64,000 nt of DNA from Gammaproteobacteria bacterium AqS3 (GTDB lineage Bacteria; Pseudomonadota; Gammaproteobacteria; MEIF01; AqS3). Of this stretch, positions 38,010 to 49,887 are shown one piece after another (position 1 is the stretch's first letter; each line of letters begins with the position of its first letter). The stretch spans positions 1,455 to 65,454 of the forward strand of contig MEIF01000004.1 of the NCBI GenBank assembly GCA_001750645.1, in the 5' to 3' direction. The translations under genes and the position numbers were made by a program. Under the pieces are notes generated by a model. That model ran no database searches. It was not told the origin of the DNA and saw only the letters and a list, made by a program, of their open reading frames with translations.

Positions 38010-39548
38010 ATGGCGGATGACGCCCCCCGGACGCACCACAATCTCCTCCCCTCCGAACTGATCAGCCACGCGATTACGCGCGGCGAGGGTGTGCTCACCG
38101 ATGCCGGCGCGCTCAGCGTCAACACCGGCAAGCGCACCGGTCGCAGTCCGAAGGACCGCTTCATCGTTCACGAGCCCAGCACCTGCGACGACATCGAGTG
38201 GGGTCCGGTCAACCAGCCGGTCAGCTCGGAGATATTCGACGCACTCTGGGACAAGGGTCAGGAGTACATCGGTCAGTGCGATCACTACGTCGCCGACCTG
38301 CACGTCGGCGCCGACGGCGAGGACTACATCCCGCTCAACGTCACCACCGAAACCGCCTGGCACAACCTGTTCGCCCGCAACATCTTCGTGCGCCCGAGCA
38401 ACTACAACCCCAAGACCAAGGGCGAGTGGAAGCTGCTCAACCTGCCCAATTTTCATTGCGACCCCAAGGTCGACGGCACCAACTCCGAGAGCGTGGTCAT
38501 GATCAACTTCGCCCGCCGCAAGGTGTTCATCGCCGGCATCGGCTACGCCGGCGAGATGAAGAAGGCCATGTTCTCGGTGCAGAACTTCCTGCTGCCGGCG
38601 AAGGACGTCCTGCCGATGCACTGCGGCGCCAACGTCGCCAAGAACGGCAGCGTCTGCCTGTTCTTCGGGCTCTCCGGCACCGGCAAGACGACGCTGTCCT
38701 CGGACCCAGCCTCGCAGCTCATCGGCGACGACGAGCACGGCTGGGGCGAGAACCGCGTCTTCAACTTTGAGGGCGGCTGCTACGCCAAGTGCATCGGCCT
38801 CTCGCGCGACCGGGAGCCGCTGATCTGGCAGGCGATCCGCTTCGGCGCCGTGCTCGAAAACGTCGTCCTCGACGACCGTCGCACGCCAGACTACAACGAC
38901 GGCAGCATCACCGAGAACACGCGCTCGTGCTACCCGCTCGAGCACATCGACCAGCGCGTGGTCGCCAACACCTGCGGCGAGCCCGAGTCGATCATCTTCC
39001 TGACCTGCGACGTCAACGGCCTGTTCCCGCCGGTCTCGGTGCTCTCGCCCGAGGCCGCCGCCTACCACTTCATCAGCGGCTACACCGCCCTGGTCGGCTC
39101 GACCGAGGTCGGCTCGGCGGCGCGCATCCGCTCGACCTTCTCGACCTGCTTCGGGGCGCCGTTCTTTCCGCGCCCGGCGCGCGTCTACGCCGACCTGCTG
39201 ATGCACCGCGTGCGCGAGTTCGGCAGCCAGGTCTATCTGGTCAACACCGGCTGGACCGGCGGCGGCTACGAAGTCGGCGAGCGCTTTGAGATTCCGGTGA
39301 CGCGCAGCATCGTCACGGCCATCCAGACCGGCGAGCTCAAGGATGCCGAAACCGAGTACTTCGCCCCGCTGAACCTGCAGATTCCGCTCGCCGTCCGCGG
39401 GGTCAGCTCCGACATCCTCAACCCGCGCGGGACGTGGGAGGACAAGGACGCCTACGACGCCGCAGTCGCCAAACTGGTCACGCAGTTCCGCGAGAACATC
39501 GCACGCTACGAAAACCTCCCCGAGGAAATCCTCAAAGCCGGTCCGTAA
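38010..39548 (+). CDS. pckA: Phosphoenolpyruvate carboxykinase (ATP)
   Basis: [47 protein letters not shown]. Confidence 0.97.
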   Translation: MADDAPRTHHNLLPSELISHAITRGEGVLTDAGALSVNTGKRTGRSPKDRFIVHEPSTCDDIEWGPVNQPVSSEIFDALWDKGQEYIGQCDHYVADLHVGADGEDYIPLNVTTETAWHNLFARNIFVRPSNYNPKTKGEWKLLNLPNFHCDPKVDGTNSESVVMINFARRKVFIAGIGYAGEMKKAMFSVQNFLLPAKDVLPMHCGANVAKNGSVCLFFGLSGTGKTTLSSDPASQLIGDDEHGWGENRVFNFEGGCYAKCIGLSRDREPLIWQAIRFGAVLENVVLDDRRTPDYNDGSITENTRSCYPLEHIDQRVVANTCGEPESIIFLTCDVNGLFPPVSVLSPEAAAYHFISGYTALVGSTEVGSAARIRSTFSTCFGAPFFPRPARVYADLLMHRVREFGSQVYLVNTGWTGGGYEVGERFEIPVTRSIVTAIQTGELKDAETEYFAPLNLQIPLAVRGVSSDILNPRGTWEDKDAYDAAVAKLVTQFRENIARYENLPEEILKAGP

Positions 39549-39565
39549 CCGGCGCACACCGCACC

Positions 39566-41113
39566 GTGCTGAGCATTGACGCCGCACGTCTCGACACTCT
39601 CCGACAGCAGGGCCAACTGACACGCCGCGCGCGCCGCGGCATCGAGCGCGAGAGCCTGCGCGTCACCGAGGGCGGCGACATCTCGATGCGGGACCACCCG
39701 AAATCGCTGGGCGAGCCGCTGGTGCACCCGCACATCACGCTCGACTTCGGCGAGGCGCAGATCGAATGGGTCAGCAGCGTCCACAGCAGCATCCCCGACA
39801 TGCTGGAGCAGATGAGGCAGCTGCTGGCCTTTACCCAGAGCCGGCTCGAGCCGGGCCGCGAACGGCTCTGGGGGCTGAGCGTCCCCTGTCCAATCCGCGA
39901 CGAGGACCGCTTTCTGCACGCCTACTCGCAGGACACCCGAGACACCCACCAGGGGCTGCTGGCGCAGCTCTACCGCGTCGGCCTGCGGCACCGCTACGGT
40001 GCGATGATGCAGGCCGTCTGCGGGGTGCACTACAACTTCTCATTCCCCAAAGCGCTCTGGCCGCACCTGGGCGTGGAGCGCAACGAGGGCTATCTGGCCG
40101 CAGTCCGCAATGTCCGCCGCCACCTGTGGTCGCTGATCTACCTCTACGGAGCCTCGCCGCTGGTGCATCCCACTTTTGTCGACAAGCGCAGCCACCGCCT
40201 CGAGCCGGTCGGTGCGGACGCCCTCGGGCTGCCCGGCGCCACCAGCCTGCGCATCGGCGACCTGGGCTACAGCAGCCGGGCGCAGGACGGCATGGGGCTG
40301 GCCTTCAACAGCCTTGAGAGCTACACCGGGGAGGTCGAACGCGGCCTGACGACACCCTGGCCGGCCTTTGTCGAAATCGACCGGCTCGGTCGCGAGGCCG
40401 GACGGCGCCTGCAGATCAGCCCCGCCATCCTGCAGCTGGAAAACGAGCTCTATGCGCAGATCCGCCTCAAGCCCGAAGTCCGCCCCGACGTGCGCGTGCT
40501 CGACGGCCTCAGGCGCCACGGCATCGGCTACCTGGAAATCCGCACGCTCGACCTGAACCCGTTCTCCGAAGTCGGCATCGACAGCGAGCAGGCGCACTTC
40601 ATCGAGGTGCTGCTGTGGGCCGGGGCGCTGGCCGACAGCCCCGAGCTGAGCGGGGATGAGCGCACCCGGCTGACCCTGGAGTTCCGCCAGATCAGCGAGT
40701 GCGGGCGCGACCCCGGATTGGTGCTGCCCAGCACGGGGGCAGCCGTCCCGGAAAGCGGCGAGGCGCTCTGCGACGCCCTGGAGCCGGTCGCCGACCTGCT
40801 CGATGCCGCCTGCGATCAGAGCCCGCACCGGCAGGCGCTGGACGCCGCGCGCCGGCGTTTCTCGGGAAAACTGCCGACCCTGTCCGAACAGGTCATCGAA
40901 GATGCGAAACAGCACGGCGGGCTGGTGGCGCTGGGCAATCACCTGGCGCTGAGGCAGCGCCAACGGCTGCTGGACTGCACCTCGACGTTCAGTGCGGCGC
41001 CGCACGAGGTGCAGGCGGCCGCCTCGCGCGAAACCCTTGAGCAGCTCAGGCGGCAGAGCGCCGGGCAGTCCTTTGAGAGCTATCTGCAAACCCACCTGCT
41101 CAGTCGGGGCTGA
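39566..41113 (+). CDS. gshA: Glutamate-cysteine ligase
   Basis: RGIERESLRV, HPHITLDFGE, YGAMMQAVCGVHYNFS, ATSLR, LQLENELY, YLEIRTLDLNPF. Start approximate. Confidence 0.92.
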   Translation: MLSIDAARLDTLRQQGQLTRRARRGIERESLRVTEGGDISMRDHPKSLGEPLVHPHITLDFGEAQIEWVSSVHSSIPDMLEQMRQLLAFTQSRLEPGRERLWGLSVPCPIRDEDRFLHAYSQDTRDTHQGLLAQLYRVGLRHRYGAMMQAVCGVHYNFSFPKALWPHLGVERNEGYLAAVRNVRRHLWSLIYLYGASPLVHPTFVDKRSHRLEPVGADALGLPGATSLRIGDLGYSSRAQDGMGLAFNSLESYTGEVERGLTTPWPAFVEIDRLGREAGRRLQISPAILQLENELYAQIRLKPEVRPDVRVLDGLRRHGIGYLEIRTLDLNPFSEVGIDSEQAHFIEVLLWAGALADSPELSGDERTRLTLEFRQISECGRDPGLVLPSTGAAVPESGEALCDALEPVADLLDAACDQSPHRQALDAARRRFSGKLPTLSEQVIEDAKQHGGLVALGNHLALRQRQRLLDCTSTFSAAPHEVQAAASRETLEQLRRQSAGQSFESYLQTHLLSRG

Positions 41114-41185
41114 AACCGCCCGACGCTGCGGGTCGGTGCTATATTTGCCGCCCTCGACGCCACTCGAGACACAAAGGAGGGGGCA

Positions 41186-42163
41186 ATGCGCGCATGGCTT
41201 TGCAAGGAATACGGTCCGCCGGAGAAACTGGTTCTGGAGGAAGTGCCCAACCTGGAGCCCGGCCCGGGACAGGTCGTCGTCAACGTCAAGGCCGTCGGCA
41301 TTAACTTCCCCGATGTTCTGATCATTCAGGGCCTGTACCAGTTCAAGCCCGACTTTCCCTTCGCCCCCGGCGGCGAGATCTCAGGCGAAGTCGCCGCGCT
41401 CGGCGAGGGCGTTGACGGCGTGCAGGTCGGCCAGCGGGTCATGGCGCTGGTCGGCAACGGCGGACTGGCCGAGCAGGTCGTGCTGGACGCCGGCGCGCTC
41501 ATGCCGGTTCCCGACGGCGTCTCGGACACCGTCGCCGCCGGCTTTTCAATGACCTATGGCACCACCTACCACGCCCTCGTGCAGCGCGCCGAACTGCGCT
41601 CCGGCGAAAACCTGCTGGTGCTGGGCGCCGCCGGCGGGGTCGGCATCACCGCAGTCGAGCTCGGCAAGCTGCTCGGCGCCCGCGTCATCGCCGCCGCCAG
41701 CAGCGCCGAAAAACTCGAGGTCGCCCGCCGTGCCGGCGCCGACGAAGTCGTCAACTACAGCGAGGAATCGCTCAAGGACCGCGTCAAGGAACTCACCGGC
41801 GGCAACGGCGCGGATGTCATCTACGACCCCGTCGGCGGCGATCTCTTCAGCCAGTGCATGAGCTGCATCAACTGGAAGGGCAGGCTGCTGGTGATCGGCT
41901 TTGCCTCGGGCGACATCCCCAGCCTCGCCATCAACCGCGTGCTGCTCAAGGGCTGCCAGGTCGTCGGCGTGTTCTGGGGCGCCTTCACCGGTCGCGAACC
42001 CGACCGCAACCGTCAGAATTTCGCCGAGCTGTTTGAGCTGCTGAAGGCCGGCAAAATCGACCCGCTGATCTCCGAGACATTCCCCTTTGAGCGCGGCCCC
42101 GAGGCCATCAGCCACCTGGGAGCGCGCAAGGCCGTCGGCAAGGTGGTCGTCGAGGTCGCCTGA
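41186..42163 (+). CDS. NADPH:quinone oxidoreductase (MDR/zeta-crystallin family)
   Basis: GINFPD, VLGAAGGVG, DVIYDPVGG, LLVIGFASG; GGAGG RBS. Confidence 0.9.
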   Translation: MRAWLCKEYGPPEKLVLEEVPNLEPGPGQVVVNVKAVGINFPDVLIIQGLYQFKPDFPFAPGGEISGEVAALGEGVDGVQVGQRVMALVGNGGLAEQVVLDAGALMPVPDGVSDTVAAGFSMTYGTTYHALVQRAELRSGENLLVLGAAGGVGITAVELGKLLGARVIAAASSAEKLEVARRAGADEVVNYSEESLKDRVKELTGGNGADVIYDPVGGDLFSQCMSCINWKGRLLVIGFASGDIPSLAINRVLLKGCQVVGVFWGAFTGREPDRNRQNFAELFELLKAGKIDPLISETFPFERGPEAISHLGARKAVGKVVVEVA

Positions 42164-42164
42164 T

Positions 42165-43985
<1,821 letters not shown>

Positions 43986-44009
43986 GGGTGGTGGGAGGGG
44001 AGAAATAAC

Positions 44010-45227
44010 ATGAGTGCTTGGCTGGCACAGTTGGAGCCCCTGCATTACGTTTCGATATTGTCAATAGGTGCGCTGTTTTATTTCGCATATAAGGGCCTAG
44101 ATGAAGAAGATGGAATGAGGGCGCAGATCGCAGGCATGGCACCGACCCTGCTTACTTCGTTGGGAATATTCTTTACTTTTCTGGGCGTATTGATTTCGCT
44201 GCTTAATTTTGACGTCAAGGACATCAACGACTCTGTTCCTGAATTTCTCAGCGGCCTCAAATTGGCATTTTTGTCGTCCGTCTTGGGACTTGGACTGTCT
44301 TTGGTATTTCGCTGGCTCCAAGCCTCAAAAAATAAAGATCAAGGGCCTGAAGAAGTTACAGGCAGAGACTTATTGAATGAACTTAAAGAGATGAACGCTA
44401 ATACCCTATTAGTGCGGGATGCACTGATAGGAGAGGGCGATGCGAGCCTGTCCACGCAGTTTGGAAAGCTGCGCAATGACTTCAGAGACTTTGCAGAAAA
44501 AATGCAGCAGGATGGCACAGATGCATTGATCAAAGCACTTGAGGAAGTCATCAAAGACTTTAATGCAAAGATATCTGAGCAATTTGGTGAAAACTTTAAG
44601 CAGCTAAATGAAGCGGTGGGCGCTCTTCTTGAGTGGCAAAAGCAGCATAAAGAGCAGGTTGAAATCCTAACCCGGGCTTTTGAAGAAATTCGAACAGGTA
44701 TAGAGAAGATCGAGAATTCCACGTCTCAAATCCCAGAGCACATGGAAAAGCTGGAGGGGGTTTTAGATCAGACAGAAGAACATCTAACAGGACTTTATGA
44801 AGGAATAAGCAGTCTGGCGGAGATGAGAAAAAGTGCTGAAAATGCGGTTCCTGAACTTCGGGAGTCCATAGATACTGTGACTTCAGGAATGAAAGAATCA
44901 ATAGATCAGCAGACTGACAGCATAAATCAACAAATTGAAGCTATGAATCAGACAATGCTAAGTATTCAAGATACAGTTAATAATTTTTTAGAGACTCAGG
45001 CAGAAACTGCTAATGAGGTTCAATCTAGAATCACACAATCGCTTGCAGACAATGTTGAAACCATGCAGAGAACTCTACGGGCCCTTGACGATGAGATGCA
45101 GAAGCAACTGCAAAGTGCTCTTGACAGAATGGGCAATAATTTAACTTCCATCACCGAAAAATTCTTGGAAATATATGAAGAAGCTTCACGAAGAACAATG
45201 GATCCTGACAATTCGCCTGACCGATGA
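44010..45227 (+). CDS. zorA: Zorya protein ZorA (MotA-like TM domain plus helical tail)
   Basis: APTLLTSLGIFFTFLG...LSGLKLAFLSSVLG TM pair, then ALEEVIKDFNAKISEQFGENFKQLN and a long coiled-coil tail. Confidence 0.88.
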   Translation: MSAWLAQLEPLHYVSILSIGALFYFAYKGLDEEDGMRAQIAGMAPTLLTSLGIFFTFLGVLISLLNFDVKDINDSVPEFLSGLKLAFLSSVLGLGLSLVFRWLQASKNKDQGPEEVTGRDLLNELKEMNANTLLVRDALIGEGDASLSTQFGKLRNDFRDFAEKMQQDGTDALIKALEEVIKDFNAKISEQFGENFKQLNEAVGALLEWQKQHKEQVEILTRAFEEIRTGIEKIENSTSQIPEHMEKLEGVLDQTEEHLTGLYEGISSLAEMRKSAENAVPELRESIDTVTSGMKESIDQQTDSINQQIEAMNQTMLSIQDTVNNFLETQAETANEVQSRITQSLADNVETMQRTLRALDDEMQKQLQSALDRMGNNLTSITEKFLEIYEEASRRTMDPDNSPDR

Positions 45228-45928
45228 ACAAAGGTGCATTGATCGGCTCTAAAAAATCTGAGGACGATGAATGGATCTCTGTTTCGGATATGATGGCGGG
45301 CTTGATGATGATCTTTTTATTCATATCCATTTTTTACATTCAGAATATCAGCAATTACTTTGAAAATGTAAGTGAGGAGCGCGATGAAATTTGCTCCGAT
45401 CTGGAGAGAGAATTTCATGAAGATGCGCAAAAGTGGGACATGTCAATTTGTGAGAGCGGTCTGTTAATCACCTTTCAAAATGATTCCAATTTCGAAACAG
45501 ATAGCGCTGAACTCTCGACTCAGTTTAAGAAAATTTTATCCGAATTTTTTCCTCGCCTAATGTCAGTTGTCTTGAAACATAGCGAATCGATTAGTGAGCT
45601 TAGAATTGAAGGACACACTGACAGTTCTATTAGAAGAGGCGACACTCAACTTTCCGGGTATCTTTACAACACAAAATTGTCTCAAGAGCGCTCGCGAAAT
45701 GTCATGAGTTACTCATTAAACTTATCTGAGATTGTGGCAAACCAATCTCTAATGGAATGGACATACTCTCACGTTACAGCGCATGGCATGTCATCCAGTA
45801 ATAGGATTTTTGATGAAGGCGACACAGAAAATTTTGACGCCTCTCGCCGCGTAGAGTTCCGTATCAGAACTTCTGCAGAAGACAGTCTTCTCAATCTTGT
45901 TTCAGAGCTAAGATCCGATGAAAATTAG
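45224..45928 (+). CDS. zorB: Zorya protein ZorB (MotB/OmpA-like)
   Basis: WISVSDMMAGLMMIFLFI TM with the conserved Asp; IEGHTDS, NTKLSQERSRNV, SRRVEFRI. Overlaps the zorA stop. Confidence 0.9.
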   Translation: MNKGALIGSKKSEDDEWISVSDMMAGLMMIFLFISIFYIQNISNYFENVSEERDEICSDLEREFHEDAQKWDMSICESGLLITFQNDSNFETDSAELSTQFKKILSEFFPRLMSVVLKHSESISELRIEGHTDSSIRRGDTQLSGYLYNTKLSQERSRNVMSYSLNLSEIVANQSLMEWTYSHVTAHGMSSSNRIFDEGDTENFDASRRVEFRIRTSAEDSLLNLVSELRSDEN

Positions 45929-46802
45929 AGATCCTTTTGGAGAGTTAGAGCAGCTTCGCAAGCGAATCGGAGGAAGAGAGCACTCTAATTCTTTTAACAT
46001 AGATTCTGGGTTGAAAGGGTTTCAGCAACAGTTAGAAATTTCTGAGAAAAAAGTCAAAAACGTTGCTGATCTTCAACAAGTTGGGCCATATCTTACTTAC
46101 AAGGGAGAGATTCTTGTCATTCTCTATATATTTAACTCCAGTGCAACTTCTCTGAACTTAAAAGATAATTCTCCCAGCTCAGCAGCCACTCCAAAATTTC
46201 ATTTTGCATGGTGTTCAACACTCGACAATATGCAGCGTAAGGACCGCATAGAGCGTTATGTAATTTCAAGATCCAAGTCGAATCGTTTCAGGATAGAGGC
46301 AAGAGAGCTTGGGAAAAGAGGGGCCGGAGAATATGGCCGTCGGCATATTCTTGAAAACATTCGACTTTATCCCTGTCAAAATTGTCTTTCTGAATTGCGG
46401 TATCACGGTTTCGGCAGTCATTTGGATAAGGCTCTGCGATTCAAGCAGGTGGAAGAATTTTCAATAGAGGAATTTCTAAAAGAACATGACGGAAATTTGG
46501 TCAAGATGAAACAGATGCCCAAAAGATATGAGGAAAGTGCGGGTCCGGTGGATTACACCTCGGATTGGAGTGAGATCTCTGATAAATTTCGAGAAGAGAA
46601 TGATTGGAGGTGTTCAAAATGTGGCGTCTGTATGCGTGACATGCCGAAAGGCCTTCATACTCATCACATTAATGGAATAAAGTCCAACAACAATCTGGCT
46701 AATCTTCAAGCTCTCTGTGCTCTTTGCCATAAAGAAGTTCACCCTGGCATGCGTGTTGATCCGGAAGTTGAATGCTTTATTACAAAGAACAGAGCTTATT
46801 AA
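45918..46802 (+). CDS. zorE: Zorya type II HNH nuclease ZorE
   Basis: WRCSKCG...LHTHHING.KSNN...NLQALCALCH HNH motif; translationally coupled to zorB. Confidence 0.8.
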   Translation: MKIRDPFGELEQLRKRIGGREHSNSFNIDSGLKGFQQQLEISEKKVKNVADLQQVGPYLTYKGEILVILYIFNSSATSLNLKDNSPSSAATPKFHFAWCSTLDNMQRKDRIERYVISRSKSNRFRIEARELGKRGAGEYGRRHILENIRLYPCQNCLSELRYHGFGSHLDKALRFKQVEEFSIEEFLKEHDGNLVKMKQMPKRYEESAGPVDYTSDWSEISDKFREENDWRCSKCGVCMRDMPKGLHTHHINGIKSNNNLANLQALCALCHKEVHPGMRVDPEVECFITKNRAY

Positions 46803-47423
46803 CTAGTCAGCCTCATCCGACTGCTCCAGCCGCAACCGGCGCTCTGTGAGCGTCTCGCCTTCAAACAGCCAAAAATCCGGCCCTCGGACTGATTCTTGTT
46901 CCCTGCCGTAGAGTGTTTTGAAAATCTTCAGAGTGGCCTTGTTCAGTGATGTCACTTCACCCTCAAACTCAACCTCACGGTCTCCGGCAATGCGGCAGGT
47001 GATGGATTCGTTTTTGAGAAAGTTTAGCTCTGCACCAACCGGTATATCAATCATCGAAAAACGGATTGCAGGTCTTCGGGCGCGGGCGCGTTTGAGCGTT
47101 GCGGCATCGCTTTCATCCTCAACAATGTCGGAAGTCGGGGTGACATCCCTGCCATATCCTTCAAGGATCATCTTTATGCGCTCGGGGTTAATCGAGAAGA
47201 ACTCTCTTTTGGGGTTGTATCTGTGGTCGCCAAAGCCAAAGTGAAGGCGTTTTTCGATGTCGGCGCTGTCGTCCACCTCGCAGGCGAAATAGCATTCAAA
47301 GGGAGCCGGAACACCTGCGTGAAAGGATAGGGAGCGAATGCGCTCTTCCAAGTTGGTTGTCCGCCCAACCTTGATGAGGTCGGGAATCGCAGGATTCGTG
47401 AGAATGTAGACAATTTCAGCCAT
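46803..47423 (-). CDS. T5orf172 / GIY-YIG family protein
   Basis: IVYILTNPAIPDLIKVGRT, GVPAPF, EKRLH, REFF. Confidence 0.85.
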   Translation of the reverse strand: MAEIVYILTNPAIPDLIKVGRTTNLEERIRSLSFHAGVPAPFECYFACEVDDSADIEKRLHFGFGDHRYNPKREFFSINPERIKMILEGYGRDVTPTSDIVEDESDAATLKRARARRPAIRFSMIDIPVGAELNFLKNESITCRIAGDREVEFEGEVTSLNKATLKIFKTLYGREQESVRGPDFWLFEGETLTERRLRLEQSDEAD

Positions 47424-47606
47424 GTCGCTTCCTTAAATCGAACGCCAACCAGCCTTGATTGATCAGGCGGGGCAGTGCTGCAAAAGGCGGATGAGCTGCG
47501 TAGTTTACGTCAGGCTGTGTAGATTTGTCTGTACTCAGGGCTGCTTTCTACTCACTCCCGAGGCTTTGAGACTATATTGCTCCGCTTGACGGCTTTCACA
47601 CCTCTT

Positions 47607-48419
47607 ATGAACTGGCTGATCAAACGAGTAAAAAGCAAGAGCGCCGTGCTTGGAGTGATATTGGTGATACTGTTCGGTTTGCTGCGCGTGGGTTATATGT
47701 TTAAGGAGGAAATCCTGGGCCCCGAATTGGCTGATAAATGGTTTGGAAGCGGTGAATACGTCGGTGAATACCAGTATGGCGAGCGGCACGGTCAGGGAGT
47801 CCTAAAGTTTGAAAGCGGAACAATATATATCGGCGAGTTTTATAGGGGCAGTATTCAGGGGCAGGGGACGATGACTTTATCCAGCGGAAACGTATATTCT
47901 GGCGAATTCAGGGATGGGGAGATACATGGGCAGGGAACCTTGAAGTTTAAAAGCGGCTCCGAATATGTCGGCGAATTTTATGAAGGCCGCATTAATGGGC
48001 TGGGAGTTTTGGTCTTTTATGACGGGGACGAATATTTTGGTGAATTCAAAGAAGGCGGCTGGCACGGACAGGGAATTTTAACCCTGTCCGGCGGTCAAAA
48101 ATATGAGGGTGAATTCAGAAAGAGCAAATTTCACGGACAGGGAGCTCGGAGCTATCCAAACGGCGACGAATACGTCGGTCAATTCAGTGATGGTAAATAT
48201 CACGGGCAGGGGGTCAAAGCATTTGCCGATGGCGGAAAATATATCGGCGAATTTCGGCACGGCAGCATGAATGGTCAGGGAACCATGACATTGGCCAGCG
48301 GCGTCAAATACGTCGGTGAATTTAGATCCGGCAACTTTCACGGACAAGGCGCCATTACATATTCTGACGGAAGCGTGAAGAAGGGCACCTGGGTGAACGG
48401 CAAGTTTCAAGAGAAGTAG
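47607..48419 (+). CDS. Membrane-anchored MORN-repeat protein 1 (9 repeats)
   Basis: N-terminal basic helix plus TM; 23-aa YxGEFxxGxxHGQG repeats; GTW cap. Confidence 0.88.
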   Translation: MNWLIKRVKSKSAVLGVILVILFGLLRVGYMFKEEILGPELADKWFGSGEYVGEYQYGERHGQGVLKFESGTIYIGEFYRGSIQGQGTMTLSSGNVYSGEFRDGEIHGQGTLKFKSGSEYVGEFYEGRINGLGVLVFYDGDEYFGEFKEGGWHGQGILTLSGGQKYEGEFRKSKFHGQGARSYPNGDEYVGQFSDGKYHGQGVKAFADGGKYIGEFRHGSMNGQGTMTLASGVKYVGEFRSGNFHGQGAITYSDGSVKKGTWVNGKFQEK

Positions 48420-48427
48420 TTTCAACC

Positions 48428-49879
48428 ATGAACTGGATCATCAGGCTAGTCAAAAACAGGATGGCCGCACTTGGGCTGATATTCGCGGTGGCGGTTCTCA
48501 GCCTGCGCGTGGGTTATATGTTTAAGGAGGAAATCTTGCCCCCCGAATTGGTCGATAAATGGTTCTTCGATCATGAATACATAGGCGAATACAGGGATGG
48601 AAAGTGGCATGGGTGGGGGACAATAAGGTTTCAAAGCGGAACGGAATATGTCGGCGAATTTCACGAGGGCCTCTTTCATGGGCAGGGAACCATGAGCTTC
48701 TCCAGCGGAAGCGTATATTCTGGTGAATTTAAGGATGGCGATTGGGATGGACAGGGAACCTTGGCTTTTTTCGATGGCGGCAAATATGTCGGTGGATTTA
48801 AGCATGGGGAATACCACGGGAGGGGAACCCGAACCTATGCAAGCGGCAGCGAATATGTCGGCGAATTTGAAAATGGCGAAGAGCATGGGCAGGGAACCTG
48901 GACCTTCAGCAGCGGATCTCAATATACCGGCGAGTTTAGAGATGGAAATTACAACGGACAGGGGGTATTCATCTATTTCAATGGCAGAAAATACGTCGGT
49001 GAATTTAAGGACGATGAATATCACGGGCAGGGGACCTTGACCCTTCCCGGCGGTGGCAAATACGTTGGTGAATTCAAGAACGATCAATATCATGGACAGG
49101 GAACTTTGCACCGCGCTGACGGCGGCAAATACGTCGGTGAATTTAGTGATGGTCAATTTCACGGGCAGGGAACTTTGGATTACCCTGATGGTGCCACATA
49201 CACCGGCGGATTCAGGAACGGCAGATATCACGGCAAGGGAGTCAAAAAATACAACGACGGCGGAAAATATGAAGGCGAATTTCAGGATGGCAATAGGCAT
49301 GGGCAGGGGACGTTGATCTTTCCCGATGGGAAAGATTTCTTCGGAGAATATGTCGGCGGATTCAAGAACAACAGATATGACGGGCAGGGAACGATTGTTT
49401 TTGCGCATGGCAAATACACGGGCGAATTCAAAGATGGCCACTGGCATGGACAGGGCACTTTGACTGACCCCGATTTTGGCGAATATGTGGGCGGGTTTAG
49501 AAAAGGCAAATACCATGGGCAGGGCACGTTTGATTTTTCAAATCACGATTGGTTTGATCGATACACAGGGCAATTCATCAACGGCTTTTGGCATGGGAGG
49601 GGAACGCTGACCTACAACAGCGGCAGCGAGTACGTCGGCGAATTCAGGTATGGAAAGTTTCACGGCGAGGGCGTTTACACCATCCAGGATGGTGGAAAGT
49701 ACGTCGGCGGATTTCGCCGGGACGAGTACTACGGCCAGGGGACTTTTACCTACGTCGGCGGCGATGAATATGTCGGCGAATTCAGGGCTGGAAAATACCA
49801 CGGCCAGGGCGTCAAGACCTATTCTGATGGAAGAGTGGAGGAGGGCACCTGGATCTACGGCAAGTTTCAGGGGGAGTGA
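48428..49879 (+). CDS. Membrane-anchored MORN-repeat protein 2 (18 repeats)
   Basis: Same architecture as copy 1; 18 repeats counted in the translation. Confidence 0.9.
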   Translation: MNWIIRLVKNRMAALGLIFAVAVLSLRVGYMFKEEILPPELVDKWFFDHEYIGEYRDGKWHGWGTIRFQSGTEYVGEFHEGLFHGQGTMSFSSGSVYSGEFKDGDWDGQGTLAFFDGGKYVGGFKHGEYHGRGTRTYASGSEYVGEFENGEEHGQGTWTFSSGSQYTGEFRDGNYNGQGVFIYFNGRKYVGEFKDDEYHGQGTLTLPGGGKYVGEFKNDQYHGQGTLHRADGGKYVGEFSDGQFHGQGTLDYPDGATYTGGFRNGRYHGKGVKKYNDGGKYEGEFQDGNRHGQGTLIFPDGKDFFGEYVGGFKNNRYDGQGTIVFAHGKYTGEFKDGHWHGQGTLTDPDFGEYVGGFRKGKYHGQGTFDFSNHDWFDRYTGQFINGFWHGRGTLTYNSGSEYVGEFRYGKFHGEGVYTIQDGGKYVGGFRRDEYYGQGTFTYVGGDEYVGEFRAGKYHGQGVKTYSDGRVEEGTWIYGKFQGE

Positions 49880-49887
49880 TTTCAACC

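Noticed and set aside
43986-44010. Tn7 right end at attTn7
   Set aside because: There is no TGT-initiated end or TnsB-site repeats, and only 24 bp before zorA.
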